Assembly: GCA_029268615.1 (NCBI GenBank)
Contig: JAQWNM010000004.1
Span: 37,966 to 101,965, forward strand
Origin: SAR86 cluster bacterium
GTDB lineage: Bacteria > Pseudomonadota > Gammaproteobacteria > Magnimaribacterales > Magnimaribacteraceae
Length of the DNA stretch: 64,000 nucleotides
Direction: 5' to 3'
Of this stretch, positions 19,748-30,311 are shown piece by piece. Made by a program: the position numbers and the translations under genes. The notes below the pieces were generated by a model. The model did not search any database and was not told the DNA's origin. It worked only from the letters and a program-made list of their open reading frames with translations. The stretch's first letter is position 1, and each line of letters opens with the position of its first letter.

Positions 19748-20725
19748 ATGAGAAAAGCTTTTAAATGGTTTGCTTCTTTATCAATAGTTTTCATTGCTGT
19801 CTTTGTCTATACAGGAACATACCTTGATATTCCAAGAAAAGAATTAGAAGCTAAATATGCCTCAGGAACTTCTCAATTCCTGAATTTACCTGATGGAACT
19901 AGAATACATTACCGTGATGAAGGTAAATTTAATGCTCCAGTTATCTTATTAGTACATGGAACTAATGGTTCTTTATTAAATTTTGAGAGACTAGTGCCTT
20001 ATTTAATGGATAACTTTAGGCTTGTGAGTTTAGATCTACCTGGGTTTGGGCTTACAGGGGCTATCCCTTCTAAAGATTACTCTATAAGTAAGTTTATGGA
20101 TATTATTTCCGAAGTAACTAACCACCTTGGAATAGATGTATTTTCTATTGCAGGTAATTCTATGGGAGGTCATGTCGCTTGGAGATATGCAATTGATTAT
20201 CCAGATAAGATAGAGAACTTAATACTTATAGCTTCAGGAGGTGTAAGAATAGAAGAAGACATAGCAAAACTTGAACAAGCTAAAGATAATTCACCCATTG
20301 TTTGGAGATTAATGAATTCTAGTTTAATAAGAAAAATTCTTACATTTTATACACCTAAATTTTTTGCTACACAGGGCCTTAAAACTGCTGTTTTTGATCC
20401 CGATGTAGTTACACAAGAGTTAGCTAGCCAATTTCATGATTTAGCCTTATTAGAAGGATCACGAGAAGCAATTCTATCTATGATGCGAAGTAGACATAGG
20501 ATTAAAGAGCCTAAGATTTTAAGTAATATTACTGCTCCCACTCTTTTAATACACGGCGAAAAAGATAATATAATAAATGTTAAAAACTCTCGTTATTTTA
20601 AAGAAAATATAACTGACATAGAAATAAAAATTTATTCATCCATAGGACACTTGCCTATGTATGAAGATCCAAAAATGACTGCTAATGATATTAAAAACTT
20701 TATTCAAAAACCCTTAACTCAATAA
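19748..20725 (+). CDS. Alpha/beta hydrolase with N-terminal membrane anchor
   Basis: 325 aa. HG oxyanion motif (LLVHGTNGS) and nucleophile elbow GNSMGG. C-terminal His region (IGHLPMYEDP). Confidence 0.8.
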   Translation: MRKAFKWFASLSIVFIAVFVYTGTYLDIPRKELEAKYASGTSQFLNLPDGTRIHYRDEGKFNAPVILLVHGTNGSLLNFERLVPYLMDNFRLVSLDLPGFGLTGAIPSKDYSISKFMDIISEVTNHLGIDVFSIAGNSMGGHVAWRYAIDYPDKIENLILIASGGVRIEEDIAKLEQAKDNSPIVWRLMNSSLIRKILTFYTPKFFATQGLKTAVFDPDVVTQELASQFHDLALLEGSREAILSMMRSRHRIKEPKILSNITAPTLLIHGEKDNIINVKNSRYFKENITDIEIKIYSSIGHLPMYEDPKMTANDIKNFIQKPLTQ

Positions 20726-20851
20726 TTTCTGATTCTAATTTCTCTTTAGGAGTTACCCCATCAGTAATTTTTTTTGTTTTTGTTTCTATAGTTTAATATT
20801 CCTTGTAGGATTAATTGTCTTTGCTGACCAGCTCAGCTATTCTTAATTATT

Positions 20852-21808
20852 ATGAAATCATTATTCTTAATAGTTTTTTTGATATCTATATTTTTATATC
20901 TCCCTTATTTATATAAAACTATGAGACTAAAAAAAATATGTCAGTCTGATATACCTAAAACAGGTTCTTGGGCTAATTTAGAAGATGGTAATATTTATTA
21001 TAGATGGTTTCTACCTGATGATGATATTTCAAACAGTGAGGTATTAGTTTTAGTGCATGGGTTTTCAACTCCAAGTTTTGTTTGGGGAGGTCTAATAGAT
21101 AATTTTTGTAAATTAGGATTCAAGGTTCTGGTTTTTGATCATTACGGAAGAGGATATTCAGAAAGACCTAAGATTAATTATGATAAAGAGCTGTATGTAA
21201 GATCTCTTAGAGGTTTATTGGAAAACCAAAATGTAAATCAGAAAGTTCATCTTATTGGTTATTCTATGGGTGGTCCCATAGTAGGATATTTTGCCGAGAA
21301 GTATCCTGACCTAACAAAATCAATTTCACTTATAGCTCCAGCTGGTTTCAGGCATAAAATGTCTGGAGTAAATAATTGGACTATAAAACCTATTATAGGA
21401 GAGTGGTTTTGGCATGTATTTAGTAACAAAATTTATGGCGTTGGAAGAATGTCAGAAACTGTCTATAGTGATGACCCTCTATCAATAAACGAAGAAGAAT
21501 TTCTGAGTAATTTTAAGAAACAATTAGTATTTAAAGGATTCCCAGAATCTTTACTTTCTACAGTTAGGTGTTTTGATTTATTTGATTGCAGAAGAATGTA
21601 TAAAAAACTAGGACAATTAAATATTCCTACTTTTGTAGTTTGGGGAAAAAAGGATGGTGTCGTGCCTTATAAAGGTAGTAAAAACTTAGAAGAATGTATA
21701 CCTCACGTAAAATTACTTGCAATAGAAGAAGGCACGCATGACATAACCTATAGGCAGCCTACAGAGGTAGGTTATGGAATTAAAAACTTCCTAATTTCAA
21801 ATATCTGA
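20852..21808 (+). CDS. Alpha/beta hydrolase with N-terminal membrane anchor (second, tandem copy)
   Basis: 318 aa. VLVHGFSTPS, GYSMGG, EEGTHDITY. Confidence 0.8.
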   Translation: MKSLFLIVFLISIFLYLPYLYKTMRLKKICQSDIPKTGSWANLEDGNIYYRWFLPDDDISNSEVLVLVHGFSTPSFVWGGLIDNFCKLGFKVLVFDHYGRGYSERPKINYDKELYVRSLRGLLENQNVNQKVHLIGYSMGGPIVGYFAEKYPDLTKSISLIAPAGFRHKMSGVNNWTIKPIIGEWFWHVFSNKIYGVGRMSETVYSDDPLSINEEEFLSNFKKQLVFKGFPESLLSTVRCFDLFDCRRMYKKLGQLNIPTFVVWGKKDGVVPYKGSKNLEECIPHVKLLAIEEGTHDITYRQPTEVGYGIKNFLISNI

Positions 21809-21955
21809 AACGAGAGTTATTAATTCAAATTAAATACATTTGGAAAGGTTTTTATTTCTATTTTAAATTATAAACTTCAACAGCTTTAAATTTTTTTCAT
21901 GCTATGAGGACCGTCATCTTTGATCTTTGTTTAGTAAATCTGTTTAAATAGATGA

Positions 21956-23962
21956 ATGAAAATATTATTGATGACTTTTAGTTTTCTTATAACTATTGAA
22001 ATTTTTGCAAATATAGAGGATGAAGAAGATATTTTTAGTCGTAGTGTTTCAGAGTACCAAAAAGCAGATCATTTACTTGGATGGATTGATTCAAGAAGCA
22101 AGCAATCTCTTAATGGGGCCTGGCATTATATTGTTGATCCAATGGATATTGGTTTGCCCGAATCTTTCTTTGGGGGGTTCCCTAAAAACAAGGTCCAAAA
22201 AGATGGAATGGAGTTAATTGAATATAACTTTGAAAAAGCGAAGCAATTACAAGTCCCAGGTGCATGGAATTCTCAAGATGAAAAACTCTTTTTTTACAGA
22301 GGATCTGTTTGGCTTTATAAAAAATTTACTTTTAGTTACAAAGATGATTCATTAACTCATTTATATTTTGGAGGAAGTAATTTTAGAACTAAAGTTTTTC
22401 TAAATGGTCATTCCGTTGGGGAATTTATCGGTGGTTATGTTCCTTTTAATTTTGAGGTAAGCGACTATCTTGAAGAAGGAGAAAATTTTCTTATTGTTCA
22501 AGTAAATAATTCATTAAACGAATCCACTATACCAACACAAAGAACAGATTGGTGGCCTTATGGAGGCCTTATCGATGATGTTTATCTTGTTTCTACGCCA
22601 GATAAATTCATAAATAATGTTTTTTTTCGGCTGGTTGATCATGAGACAGGAAGAGTTGAAATTAAAGCTCAAGGATCGTCTGACCAACGGGACTCTAGAC
22701 TTAAAGTATCAATTCCTGAATTAGGTTTTATAAAGACCTTTAAATTCAATCAAAATAATTTTATATCTGATGGTTTTAATATTAATCCAAAATTATGGAC
22801 CCCAGAAGAGCCAAAGCTTTATAATATTATTGTTTCAACTCAACATGATTCAATCTCAGACAGTATTGGTTTTAGGACTATAGAGACTGAAGGAAAGAAA
22901 ATATTACTGAACGGAAAACCTATCAAATTGAAGGGGATTTCTATGCATTCAGAACCGATTGGTATACCAGGACCAGCCTATTCATTAGATCATTTTAAAA
23001 ATCTCCTTAAAACTGCAAAAAGTTTAAATACTAATTTTGTAAGAGCTGCCCACTATCCATATTCTAGACAACTTGCAAAAGTAGCTGACTCTATAGGACT
23101 AATGTTATGGGAAGAAATACCAGTTTATTGGAATATTGATTGGAATAACCCTGGAACTTTAGATATTGCCATCGAGCAGATTACAAGACTGATACAGAGG
23201 GACTGGAATAGGGGTTCAGTAATTGTTTGGTCAGTGGCTAATGAAACTCCTTTCTCATCTTTAAGAATGAACTTTCTTGGAGAAGTAATTAGCAAGGTAA
23301 GAGACCTAGATAGTTCAAGACTTACAACTGCAGCTTTGTTGTCAGGAGATAGAGGAGAATTTCAAGAACTAATGCTTGCCTTATGCCTATTGGGAGTAAA
23401 TTCTCCTGAAGTTAGTGATAAAGAAAAGATTATTTTTAAGTCACTTCTTAGTCAGGCTGGGTTAGATTCAAAAACCAAAGTGCAATTTAAGATAGAAGTT
23501 AATGACCCTTTGGGAGAGATTGTAGATTTGATATCCTACAATGAGTACTTTGGGTGGTATTATTCATTAATCTTTGCAGATCAATTAAAGGTCAAAGAAA
23601 GTACTTTAAGGAAACTCATGTTTGATCTTATACCAACCATTGAGATTACATCAGCTTTTGACAAACCAATTCATATCTCTGAATTTGGGGCAGGTGCAAA
23701 ATTTGGTTTACATAATGAAGGCAAAATTTGGTCCGAGGAATATCAAGAGCAAGTATACAAAGCCCAATTGAAAATGATTTCAAAGAATCCTCATATTCAA
23801 GGGGTCACACCTTGGATTCTCAAAGATTTTAGAGCAATGTTACGGCCATTAGCTGGCATTCAAGATTTCTACAATCGTAAAGGATTAATAGATGAAAAAG
23901 GTAATAAAAAATTAGCTTTTGATGTTTTAAAAGATTTCTATGCTGAAGAATGGGATGAGTAA
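21956..23962 (+). CDS. Glycoside hydrolase family 2 (beta-glucuronidase/beta-galactosidase-like), probably exported
   Basis: 668 aa with a hydrophobic N-terminus. GH2 sugar-binding domain (FLNGHSVGEFIGGYVPFNFEV), TIM barrel with acid/base WSVANE and nucleophile region HISEFG. Confidence 0.85.
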   Translation: MKILLMTFSFLITIEIFANIEDEEDIFSRSVSEYQKADHLLGWIDSRSKQSLNGAWHYIVDPMDIGLPESFFGGFPKNKVQKDGMELIEYNFEKAKQLQVPGAWNSQDEKLFFYRGSVWLYKKFTFSYKDDSLTHLYFGGSNFRTKVFLNGHSVGEFIGGYVPFNFEVSDYLEEGENFLIVQVNNSLNESTIPTQRTDWWPYGGLIDDVYLVSTPDKFINNVFFRLVDHETGRVEIKAQGSSDQRDSRLKVSIPELGFIKTFKFNQNNFISDGFNINPKLWTPEEPKLYNIIVSTQHDSISDSIGFRTIETEGKKILLNGKPIKLKGISMHSEPIGIPGPAYSLDHFKNLLKTAKSLNTNFVRAAHYPYSRQLAKVADSIGLMLWEEIPVYWNIDWNNPGTLDIAIEQITRLIQRDWNRGSVIVWSVANETPFSSLRMNFLGEVISKVRDLDSSRLTTAALLSGDRGEFQELMLALCLLGVNSPEVSDKEKIIFKSLLSQAGLDSKTKVQFKIEVNDPLGEIVDLISYNEYFGWYYSLIFADQLKVKESTLRKLMFDLIPTIEITSAFDKPIHISEFGAGAKFGLHNEGKIWSEEYQEQVYKAQLKMISKNPHIQGVTPWILKDFRAMLRPLAGIQDFYNRKGLIDEKGNKKLAFDVLKDFYAEEWDE

Positions 23963-24114
23963 CTAGTTTATTGAAAAAGGTTGGTTTTTAGATGAAATCA
24001 TTATTTAATAAATAGATAATTAAGCGATTTAAATTCTTTGCCTTAAGCTCAACTACATTTTTTATTCTAGTAAAATTAATACTATTTTTTTGAATAAGAC
24101 TGTAATCTATATAA

Positions 24115-24888
24115 ATGACCCTAAAAGATTACCAAATTTTAAATAGAGAAGCGTGGCAGAAATTGGCAGAGGAATATAAAGAATCTGCCAAAAAAGCTTG
24201 GAAATCAGGTCTCCCCCATTGGGGAATTTGGCATATACCTGAATTGAAACTAGAACTGTTTCCGAATGATCTGGAAGGAAAGAAATGCATTGAAATAGGT
24301 TGTGGAGCTGGATATGTTTCCTCTTGGTTGGCTAGAAGGGGTGCTGAAGTTATTGGAATTGATCCAGCTCCAAATCAGATTGAAACGGCAAGGTGTTTAG
24401 AAAAAAAATATCAATTAGGAATTGAATTTGTAGAAGCTTTTGGTGAGAAATTACCATTTCCAGATTCTTGTTTTGATTTTGCTATATCTGAATATGGTGC
24501 ATCTTTATGGGCAAACCCTAATGAATGGATCCCTGAGGCAGCTAGAGTATTAAAGCCAGACTCCCAATTAGTATTCATGACAAATCATGCATTTACTATT
24601 TGTTGTGTGCCAGATGAAGAAGATGATAGTGTGCCTATTTCAGATCAATTACAACGACCTTACCTAGGGCTATTTAAAACTCAATGGAAGTCTCCTCCAC
24701 ACGAAATTGAATTCCATTTACCTCATGGTGAATGGATTAAACTTCTTCGTGATAATGGTTTTATTATTGAACGTCTCTTAGAACTCGGTGCTCCTCCAAA
24801 ATCCAAAACTAGATATCCTTGGGCAGATGCTGAATGGGCTAGTAAATGGCCAACTGAAGAAGTCTGGTGTGTCCGGCTTTCTGACTGA
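24115..24888 (+). CDS. Class I SAM-dependent methyltransferase
   Basis: 257 aa. Motif I CIEIGCGAGYVSSWLARRGAEVIGIDP. Confidence 0.8.
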   Translation: MTLKDYQILNREAWQKLAEEYKESAKKAWKSGLPHWGIWHIPELKLELFPNDLEGKKCIEIGCGAGYVSSWLARRGAEVIGIDPAPNQIETARCLEKKYQLGIEFVEAFGEKLPFPDSCFDFAISEYGASLWANPNEWIPEAARVLKPDSQLVFMTNHAFTICCVPDEEDDSVPISDQLQRPYLGLFKTQWKSPPHEIEFHLPHGEWIKLLRDNGFIIERLLELGAPPKSKTRYPWADAEWASKWPTEEVWCVRLSD

Positions 24889-24946
24889 TTTAATTAGTCT
24901 GTATTAGGGACCTCTTAATATAGATGCCTATAAAAAAACTATAGAA

Positions 24947-26158
24947 TTAAATTCTAGCTCTTGGAAAAATTTTTAGAAAGTTTTCAGAATAAAAAAGTTC
25001 TTTTTTAAATTCATCATGATTTACTAGTGTTTTTTCAAATTTTCCTATTGGGTCTCGCGTACCTTCTACATGAGGATAGTCACTTGAGAAGAGGTAAAGT
25101 TTAGGATCTGAAGCATCCATTAAGGAGCCAACATTTTCATGAGCAAAAGGAGTAAAGGCCATTTGTTCTATGATTTGTTCTGAAGGTTTTCTTTTAATAT
25201 CAGCTAAGTTTTTATCAACTTTACTCCAAGTTTTAACTACATAATCTAATCTTTGTAACATTTCAGGAACCCAACTAGCTCCAAGTTCTACGCTGGCGCC
25301 TCTAAGGTTTGGATATCTTTCAAATACTCCATCCAAAATCATCATAGATATAAAAGTTTCAGGTCCTTGATGCATGACCACCATGTCTTTTGCTCTTACG
25401 TTTTCTCCACCACCCATCCAATCTTTACTGGGAGGTTTTCCGTTATCACTCCAACTTTTATCAAGTTGAAGGGGTGACCCACCTACATGTATCAAGAAAG
25501 GCATACCTTCGGCAGATAGTTTTTGCCAAAACATATCTAGGGCAGTATGCCCGGGGGATCTATCTCCACAAGCATAATGTGGTATCCATATAGCTTCTAA
25601 GCCGGATTGAATTGCAAAGTCTAACTCAATCATTGCCAATTCTGGTTCATGCAAGGGTATTACACCTACGCCCATAAGTCTTGGATCTTCAGAACAGAAG
25701 TCTGACATCGCTCTGTTATGAGCTCTTGTGGCACCGTAACGTAATTCTGGAGTTATTTTAAGATTTTGCCTATCAACATATTTAGCTTTTCCTCTTAAAT
25801 CTCTAAAAGGTGTAACTACACTGTGAGTTGCAAATACTAATTGTTTTTTAAAACCAAGCAAGTCCATGGCTTTACTTCTGTCTGCTCGATCAAAAGCTCC
25901 TAGAGCTTGAATTTCTTTGGATTCCTCAATTAATTTATCACCTAAAGCTATCTGTGCATCTATGTGTTCTTTTGTGTGTTTTCCACCATTACTGATTATT
26001 TGTTCAACCTCTTCATCAGTTACTAAGCTTGCCTTGTAGTTTACCGGCGGTATAAGGTCTTTGAATTCTTTGTCGGCGTAATCAATTATAAAATTAGGCA
26101 GTTCCATGACATGGCTATCAGCATCATAGTAAGCTCTATCTTTGGGTGCATAGGTCAT
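24947..26158 (-). CDS. Amidohydrolase-2 family metal-dependent hydrolase/decarboxylase
   Basis: 403 aa. N-terminal D-x-H (YYDADSHVME) and C-terminal SDYPH motif, typical of the ACMSD-type TIM-barrel family. Confidence 0.7.
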   Translation of the reverse strand: MTYAPKDRAYYDADSHVMELPNFIIDYADKEFKDLIPPVNYKASLVTDEEVEQIISNGGKHTKEHIDAQIALGDKLIEESKEIQALGAFDRADRSKAMDLLGFKKQLVFATHSVVTPFRDLRGKAKYVDRQNLKITPELRYGATRAHNRAMSDFCSEDPRLMGVGVIPLHEPELAMIELDFAIQSGLEAIWIPHYACGDRSPGHTALDMFWQKLSAEGMPFLIHVGGSPLQLDKSWSDNGKPPSKDWMGGGENVRAKDMVVMHQGPETFISMMILDGVFERYPNLRGASVELGASWVPEMLQRLDYVVKTWSKVDKNLADIKRKPSEQIIEQMAFTPFAHENVGSLMDASDPKLYLFSSDYPHVEGTRDPIGKFEKTLVNHDEFKKELFYSENFLKIFPRARI

Positions 26159-26334
26159 AATATCTCCAAAAGTTTTAACTTATCTTATCACCATTCTCTT
26201 TATTTAATCCAAATCTAACAGCTTAATAAAATAGAATAATCTTTTTTTTTCTACTAGAGATTAGTTTAGGTAGTAACTGTTCTTAATTTCCAAACTAAAA
26301 GCACATCTTCCTTAGATGTTTTACAGTAAGGATG

Positions 26335-26958
26335 CTAAATACTAAAAGTTTGTTTTATGCCTTGAATGACGAACTCAATTGCTAATGCTCCAAGAAGTAA
26401 CCCAAAAGTTCTTTGAATGACACTTAGGACGGATGAAGGTAATTTTTTAGCCATTTTACCAGATAGCCACAAAGATAATGCTGATAAGAGAATGAGGATA
26501 ATAATTGGACTAAATCCTATTAAGTGAGCGTTTATAGATTCACACTTTTCTGAAAGAAGCATAACAATGGTAATTGCACCTGGTCCTGCTATAAGAGGGG
26601 TAGCAAGAGGAAATGTAGCAAGAGAGGATAATGCATCATCGTCAATTGCTTTTTCCGCTGTATCCTTTCTTCTTTGTTGCCTTTGCTCAAAAACCATTTG
26701 ATACGCAATGATCATTAAGAACATTCCCCCTACAATTCTAAAAGAATTTATGCTAACACCCATCAATTCAAGGACCTGGCTACCAAATAGCCAAAAAAGT
26801 AATAAAATAATGAATGCAGTCATGCTACTTCTAAAGCACAGAGTCTTTAGATCCTTTTTATTTAAGTACTGAGTAAAAGATGCAAATATTGGTAATAAAG
26901 AGATAGGATCAATAGCAACAAAGATCAATACAAAGTTTTCTAAAAAAAGGTTCAACAT
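26335..26958 (-). CDS. MarC-family integral membrane protein (UPF0056)
   Basis: 207 aa with 6 predicted TM segments. IDPISLLPIF N-terminal motif and ATPLIAGPGAI. Confidence 0.8.
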   Translation of the reverse strand: MLNLFLENFVLIFVAIDPISLLPIFASFTQYLNKKDLKTLCFRSSMTAFIILLLFWLFGSQVLELMGVSINSFRIVGGMFLMIIAYQMVFEQRQQRRKDTAEKAIDDDALSSLATFPLATPLIAGPGAITIVMLLSEKCESINAHLIGFSPIIILILLSALSLWLSGKMAKKLPSSVLSVIQRTFGLLLGALAIEFVIQGIKQTFSI

Positions 26959-27189
26959 TATTTTTAACTACTATTTAGTTTTTAGGTCATTTAAAAAAAG
27001 AGGCATCTTATAGTAATAGATGAATAACACTATCTTTATTAGTAAAATAATTTCTATTCCAAATATAGAGAACAAATGAAAAATTGTATTTGGCTCAGAA
27101 TTCTTATTTGTTTAATTCTTTAAATTAAAACCAAATTGGAAAAATAGATAAATTTGTTATACCTTGTATTGAAATGATGTAAATAAATA

Positions 27190-28398
27190 ATGAAAAGAAA
27201 TTGGAATGAAGTAAGAAAAGAAGTTAAAGATTTTGTTGAGATGGAAGTTTATCCAGCTGAGCCTATTCTGCAGAAAAGGGATGATACATCAAAAAAGAAA
27301 ATGTCTGAGTTAATGCAGCTTGCAAAAGATAAATCTTTATGGGCTTTAGGTCATCCAGAAGACATAGGTGGTCAGGGTATGCCATTTATGGAGTACGTCT
27401 ATATAAATGAGGTAGTCGGAAGGTCAACAAGTGCCATGGCTGCTCTTGGTACTCATTCTCTTCAGGACTCTATTATGCTTAGGGAGTTTGCCTCCAAGGA
27501 TTGGAGAGACCAATATTTAGAACCTCTAGTAGCAGGAGAAATTTTTCCTAGCTTTGGTATGACAGAACCTGATATTTCAAGTTCAGACCCTACACAACTG
27601 CAGACAAAAGCAGTTTTGGAAGGGAATGAGTGGGTTATCAACGGCAGGAAATGGTTTACTAGCGGTGCTGCTGGTGCAACTTATACTACAGTTATGTGCA
27701 GAACAGAGCTTGATGTACCAAGTCATGGTGCCTTTAGCATGATTATTGTTCCTACTGATAATCCAGGATATAAGATTATTAGAGAAACACCTGTTTTAGG
27801 GATAGAAGGAGGTCATGGAGGTCATTATGAAGTTGAGTATGATAATGTAAGAGTTCCTGAAGAGAACATTCTTGGTCCAAGAGGGCAGGGATTTTTAATT
27901 GCTCAAAGAAGGCTAGGTCCAGGAAGAATTTTTCATTGTATGAGATGGCTAGGCCAGGCACAGAGAGCTTTTGATTTAATGTGCTACCGTCTACATGAAA
28001 GGGAAGCATTTGGTTCACCTTTAGCTGATAAACAATTATTACAAAAATTTGTTTTTGATAGCGCCTGTGAAATACAAGCTAGCAGGCAGCTAACTTTAGA
28101 TGCAGCCAAGCGAATTGACGAAGGAGATGATGCAAGGGTTGAAATAGGTATGATCAAGGTTGTTGGAGCTAAAATGCTACATAACGTGATAGATAGAGCA
28201 ATACAAGTTCATGGAGCTAAAGGCTTAACTGACGACACTCCTTTAAGTTTAATGTATAGGCATGCTAGGGAAGCCAGAGTTTATGATGGTCCAGATGAAG
28301 TTCATATTCAATCGGTTGCAAGAAGAATTCTTAAAAATTATCAGCATAATGGAGTTGGGTGGGATTTTGGTGAAAGAGATGCTAACTTAAATAATTAG
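27190..28398 (+). CDS. Acyl-CoA dehydrogenase
   Basis: 402 aa. GMTEPDISSSDP, WFTSGA and a C-terminal IYDGPDEVH-like motif (RVYDGPDEVH). Confidence 0.88.
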   Translation: MKRNWNEVRKEVKDFVEMEVYPAEPILQKRDDTSKKKMSELMQLAKDKSLWALGHPEDIGGQGMPFMEYVYINEVVGRSTSAMAALGTHSLQDSIMLREFASKDWRDQYLEPLVAGEIFPSFGMTEPDISSSDPTQLQTKAVLEGNEWVINGRKWFTSGAAGATYTTVMCRTELDVPSHGAFSMIIVPTDNPGYKIIRETPVLGIEGGHGGHYEVEYDNVRVPEENILGPRGQGFLIAQRRLGPGRIFHCMRWLGQAQRAFDLMCYRLHEREAFGSPLADKQLLQKFVFDSACEIQASRQLTLDAAKRIDEGDDARVEIGMIKVVGAKMLHNVIDRAIQVHGAKGLTDDTPLSLMYRHAREARVYDGPDEVHIQSVARRILKNYQHNGVGWDFGERDANLNN

Positions 28399-28435
28399 TA
28401 TTTTTAATATTCAAAAAAAATTTAAAGGTAGAAAT

Positions 28436-30247
28436 ATGAAGAAGTTTTTGAAAAGGATAGGTTATTTTTTAGGATTTGTATTTGTGTTATGCGGCATATA
28501 TTTAGGAAATCTATTTCTTATGAAGCCTTTTTCTATAGATCATTATTTAGCGAAAGAAATGCTCTTATCTTTTATAGATTCTCCAGAGTATTTAACTTAT
28601 TTAGGAGTAATTGATGATTTAAATTTTTTAACGCGACATCAATCTAAATTATCTATCGAGGGTTTAGATGATATTTCTAAAAACTTAGATGAAGACAAAG
28701 AAGTCAGAAAGATGCTCTTAAGTTACGATAATAGTTCGCTCTCTAAAGATCAGGTTATAACTAAGAAAATTGCTCTTTTTGATTTAGAGAATAAGATTGA
28801 ACAGTCTCAAGATTTTCCATATCACAGCTATCCATTAAATCAGATAGGGGGTATGCATTTGAACGCTGTTGAGTTTATGACAGACATACATCCTATAAGG
28901 AATGTAAGCGAAGCTTACGCTTATATAGATCGTCTAAATTTATTTAATGATACTTTTGATGCTACATTAGAGATTCTAAAGGCCCAAAAAAATGCAGATA
29001 TTTTTCCTCCAAGATTTGTGTTTGAACATGTAATAAGGCAATTAAATGATTTCTTGAACTACAAGGATCTAGACAATCCTCTTTATTCTGTTTTTGTAAA
29101 AAAAGTTGACAAGTTAGGCTTAAAAAAATCTGTCAATGATGAACTTAAAAATAATTTAAAGAAAGCATTAAATGAAAGCGTTAGACCTGGGTTTACTTCA
29201 CTTCTTAACTTCATGGAATCGTCTTTACCTATGGCTAACCCTCACGATGGAGTATGGTCTTTGCCTAATGGAGATGACTTTTATGCCTTGAGATTAAAAG
29301 TTTATACAACTACTGATTATTCTGCCCAAGAGATTCATGATATTGGAAAGGGAGAAGTAAAAAGAATAACTTCTAGAATGCAAAACATTTTAAATCAATT
29401 GGGGTATAAGGATTTTAAAAGTGTTGGTTATATGATGAATACTTTGAATGAAGATCCTAAATTTTTATATGATGATACTGAAAACAGGAAAGAGATAGTT
29501 GTAGCTGACTATAATTCTATTGTCGAAGAAACATGGGTAGCAGTAAAAGATTATTTTCATTCTCTACCAGAATCAAAACTAGTGGTTAAAGCTGTACCAG
29601 AATATTCAGAACAGAATCAAGCTGGGGGTTATTATATGTCTCCCGCTTTGGATGGAAGCAGGCCAGGAGTGTTTTATGCAAATTTATATGACATTAAACA
29701 AACTCCTACTTATAGTATGAGGACATTAGCCTTCCACGAAGGAATTCCTGGGCACCATCTTCAGATAGCCCATAATCTAGAAAATAATAATTTATCTCTA
29801 TTTAGAAAATTTGGTTATAGAACATCTGCTTTATCTGAAGGTTGGGCGCTATATTCTGAGAGACTAGCTCTAGAAATTGGTTTAGCGAATGATCCATATG
29901 ACGAGTTAGGCGTTTTGCAAAGCGAGTTGTTTAGAGCTGTACGTCTAGTTGTAGATACTGGGATGCATTATAAGCGCTGGACTAGGGAAGAGGCTATGGA
30001 CTATATGAAATCAATTACAGGAATGTCCGATACTGAAGTTGTAACAGAAATAGAAAGATATATTGTATGGCCTGGTCAAGCATGTAGTTACAAAGTAGGT
30101 ATGCTTAAAATACTAGAGTTAAGAGAATTAGCAAAAAAAGACTTAGGAGAAAGATTTGATATTAAGGACTTTCATTCTTTAGTTTTAGATCATGGATCTC
30201 CACCATTGTTTATAGTTGAAGAATTAATGCAAGAGAGCTTGCGCTAA
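28436..30247 (+). CDS. DUF885-family protein (putative metallopeptidase-like), N-terminal anchor or signal
   Basis: 603 aa. HEGIPGHHLQ motif and the overall layout are characteristic of DUF885. Confidence 0.75.
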   Translation: MKKFLKRIGYFLGFVFVLCGIYLGNLFLMKPFSIDHYLAKEMLLSFIDSPEYLTYLGVIDDLNFLTRHQSKLSIEGLDDISKNLDEDKEVRKMLLSYDNSSLSKDQVITKKIALFDLENKIEQSQDFPYHSYPLNQIGGMHLNAVEFMTDIHPIRNVSEAYAYIDRLNLFNDTFDATLEILKAQKNADIFPPRFVFEHVIRQLNDFLNYKDLDNPLYSVFVKKVDKLGLKKSVNDELKNNLKKALNESVRPGFTSLLNFMESSLPMANPHDGVWSLPNGDDFYALRLKVYTTTDYSAQEIHDIGKGEVKRITSRMQNILNQLGYKDFKSVGYMMNTLNEDPKFLYDDTENRKEIVVADYNSIVEETWVAVKDYFHSLPESKLVVKAVPEYSEQNQAGGYYMSPALDGSRPGVFYANLYDIKQTPTYSMRTLAFHEGIPGHHLQIAHNLENNNLSLFRKFGYRTSALSEGWALYSERLALEIGLANDPYDELGVLQSELFRAVRLVVDTGMHYKRWTREEAMDYMKSITGMSDTEVVTEIERYIVWPGQACSYKVGMLKILELRELAKKDLGERFDIKDFHSLVLDHGSPPLFIVEELMQESLR

Positions 30248-30269
30248 AAGAAGAAGGTAATAGAAAGAA

Positions 30270-30296
30270 TAATGACGGCTGAATAAACCGCCATTA
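30270..30296. terminator. Hairpin between convergent genes, possible terminator (better U-tract on the minus strand, i.e. for ompW)
   Basis: TAATGACGG / CCGCCATTA, 9 bp with one mismatch and a 9-nt loop. No clean T-run on the plus strand. Confidence 0.35.
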
Positions 30297-30311
30297 CTTC
30301 TTTAAGAATTC

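Noticed and set aside
19623-24888. Genomic island integrated at tRNA-Ala (accessory-looking hydrolases, GH2, methyltransferase). The same idea was considered downstream of tRNA-Arg.
   Set aside because: There is no integrase or recombinase and no direct repeat of the tRNA 3' end that I could find downstream. No compositional break is visible by eye. The only similarity (AGCTCAGCT at about 20838) matches the D-arm and is too short.
27004-27022. Possible minus-strand terminator (CATCT-N9-AGATG followed by a T-run on the minus strand) upstream of marC.
   Set aside because: The stem is only 5 bp and AU-rich, with no associated promoter or other RNA-like features. It is probably chance.
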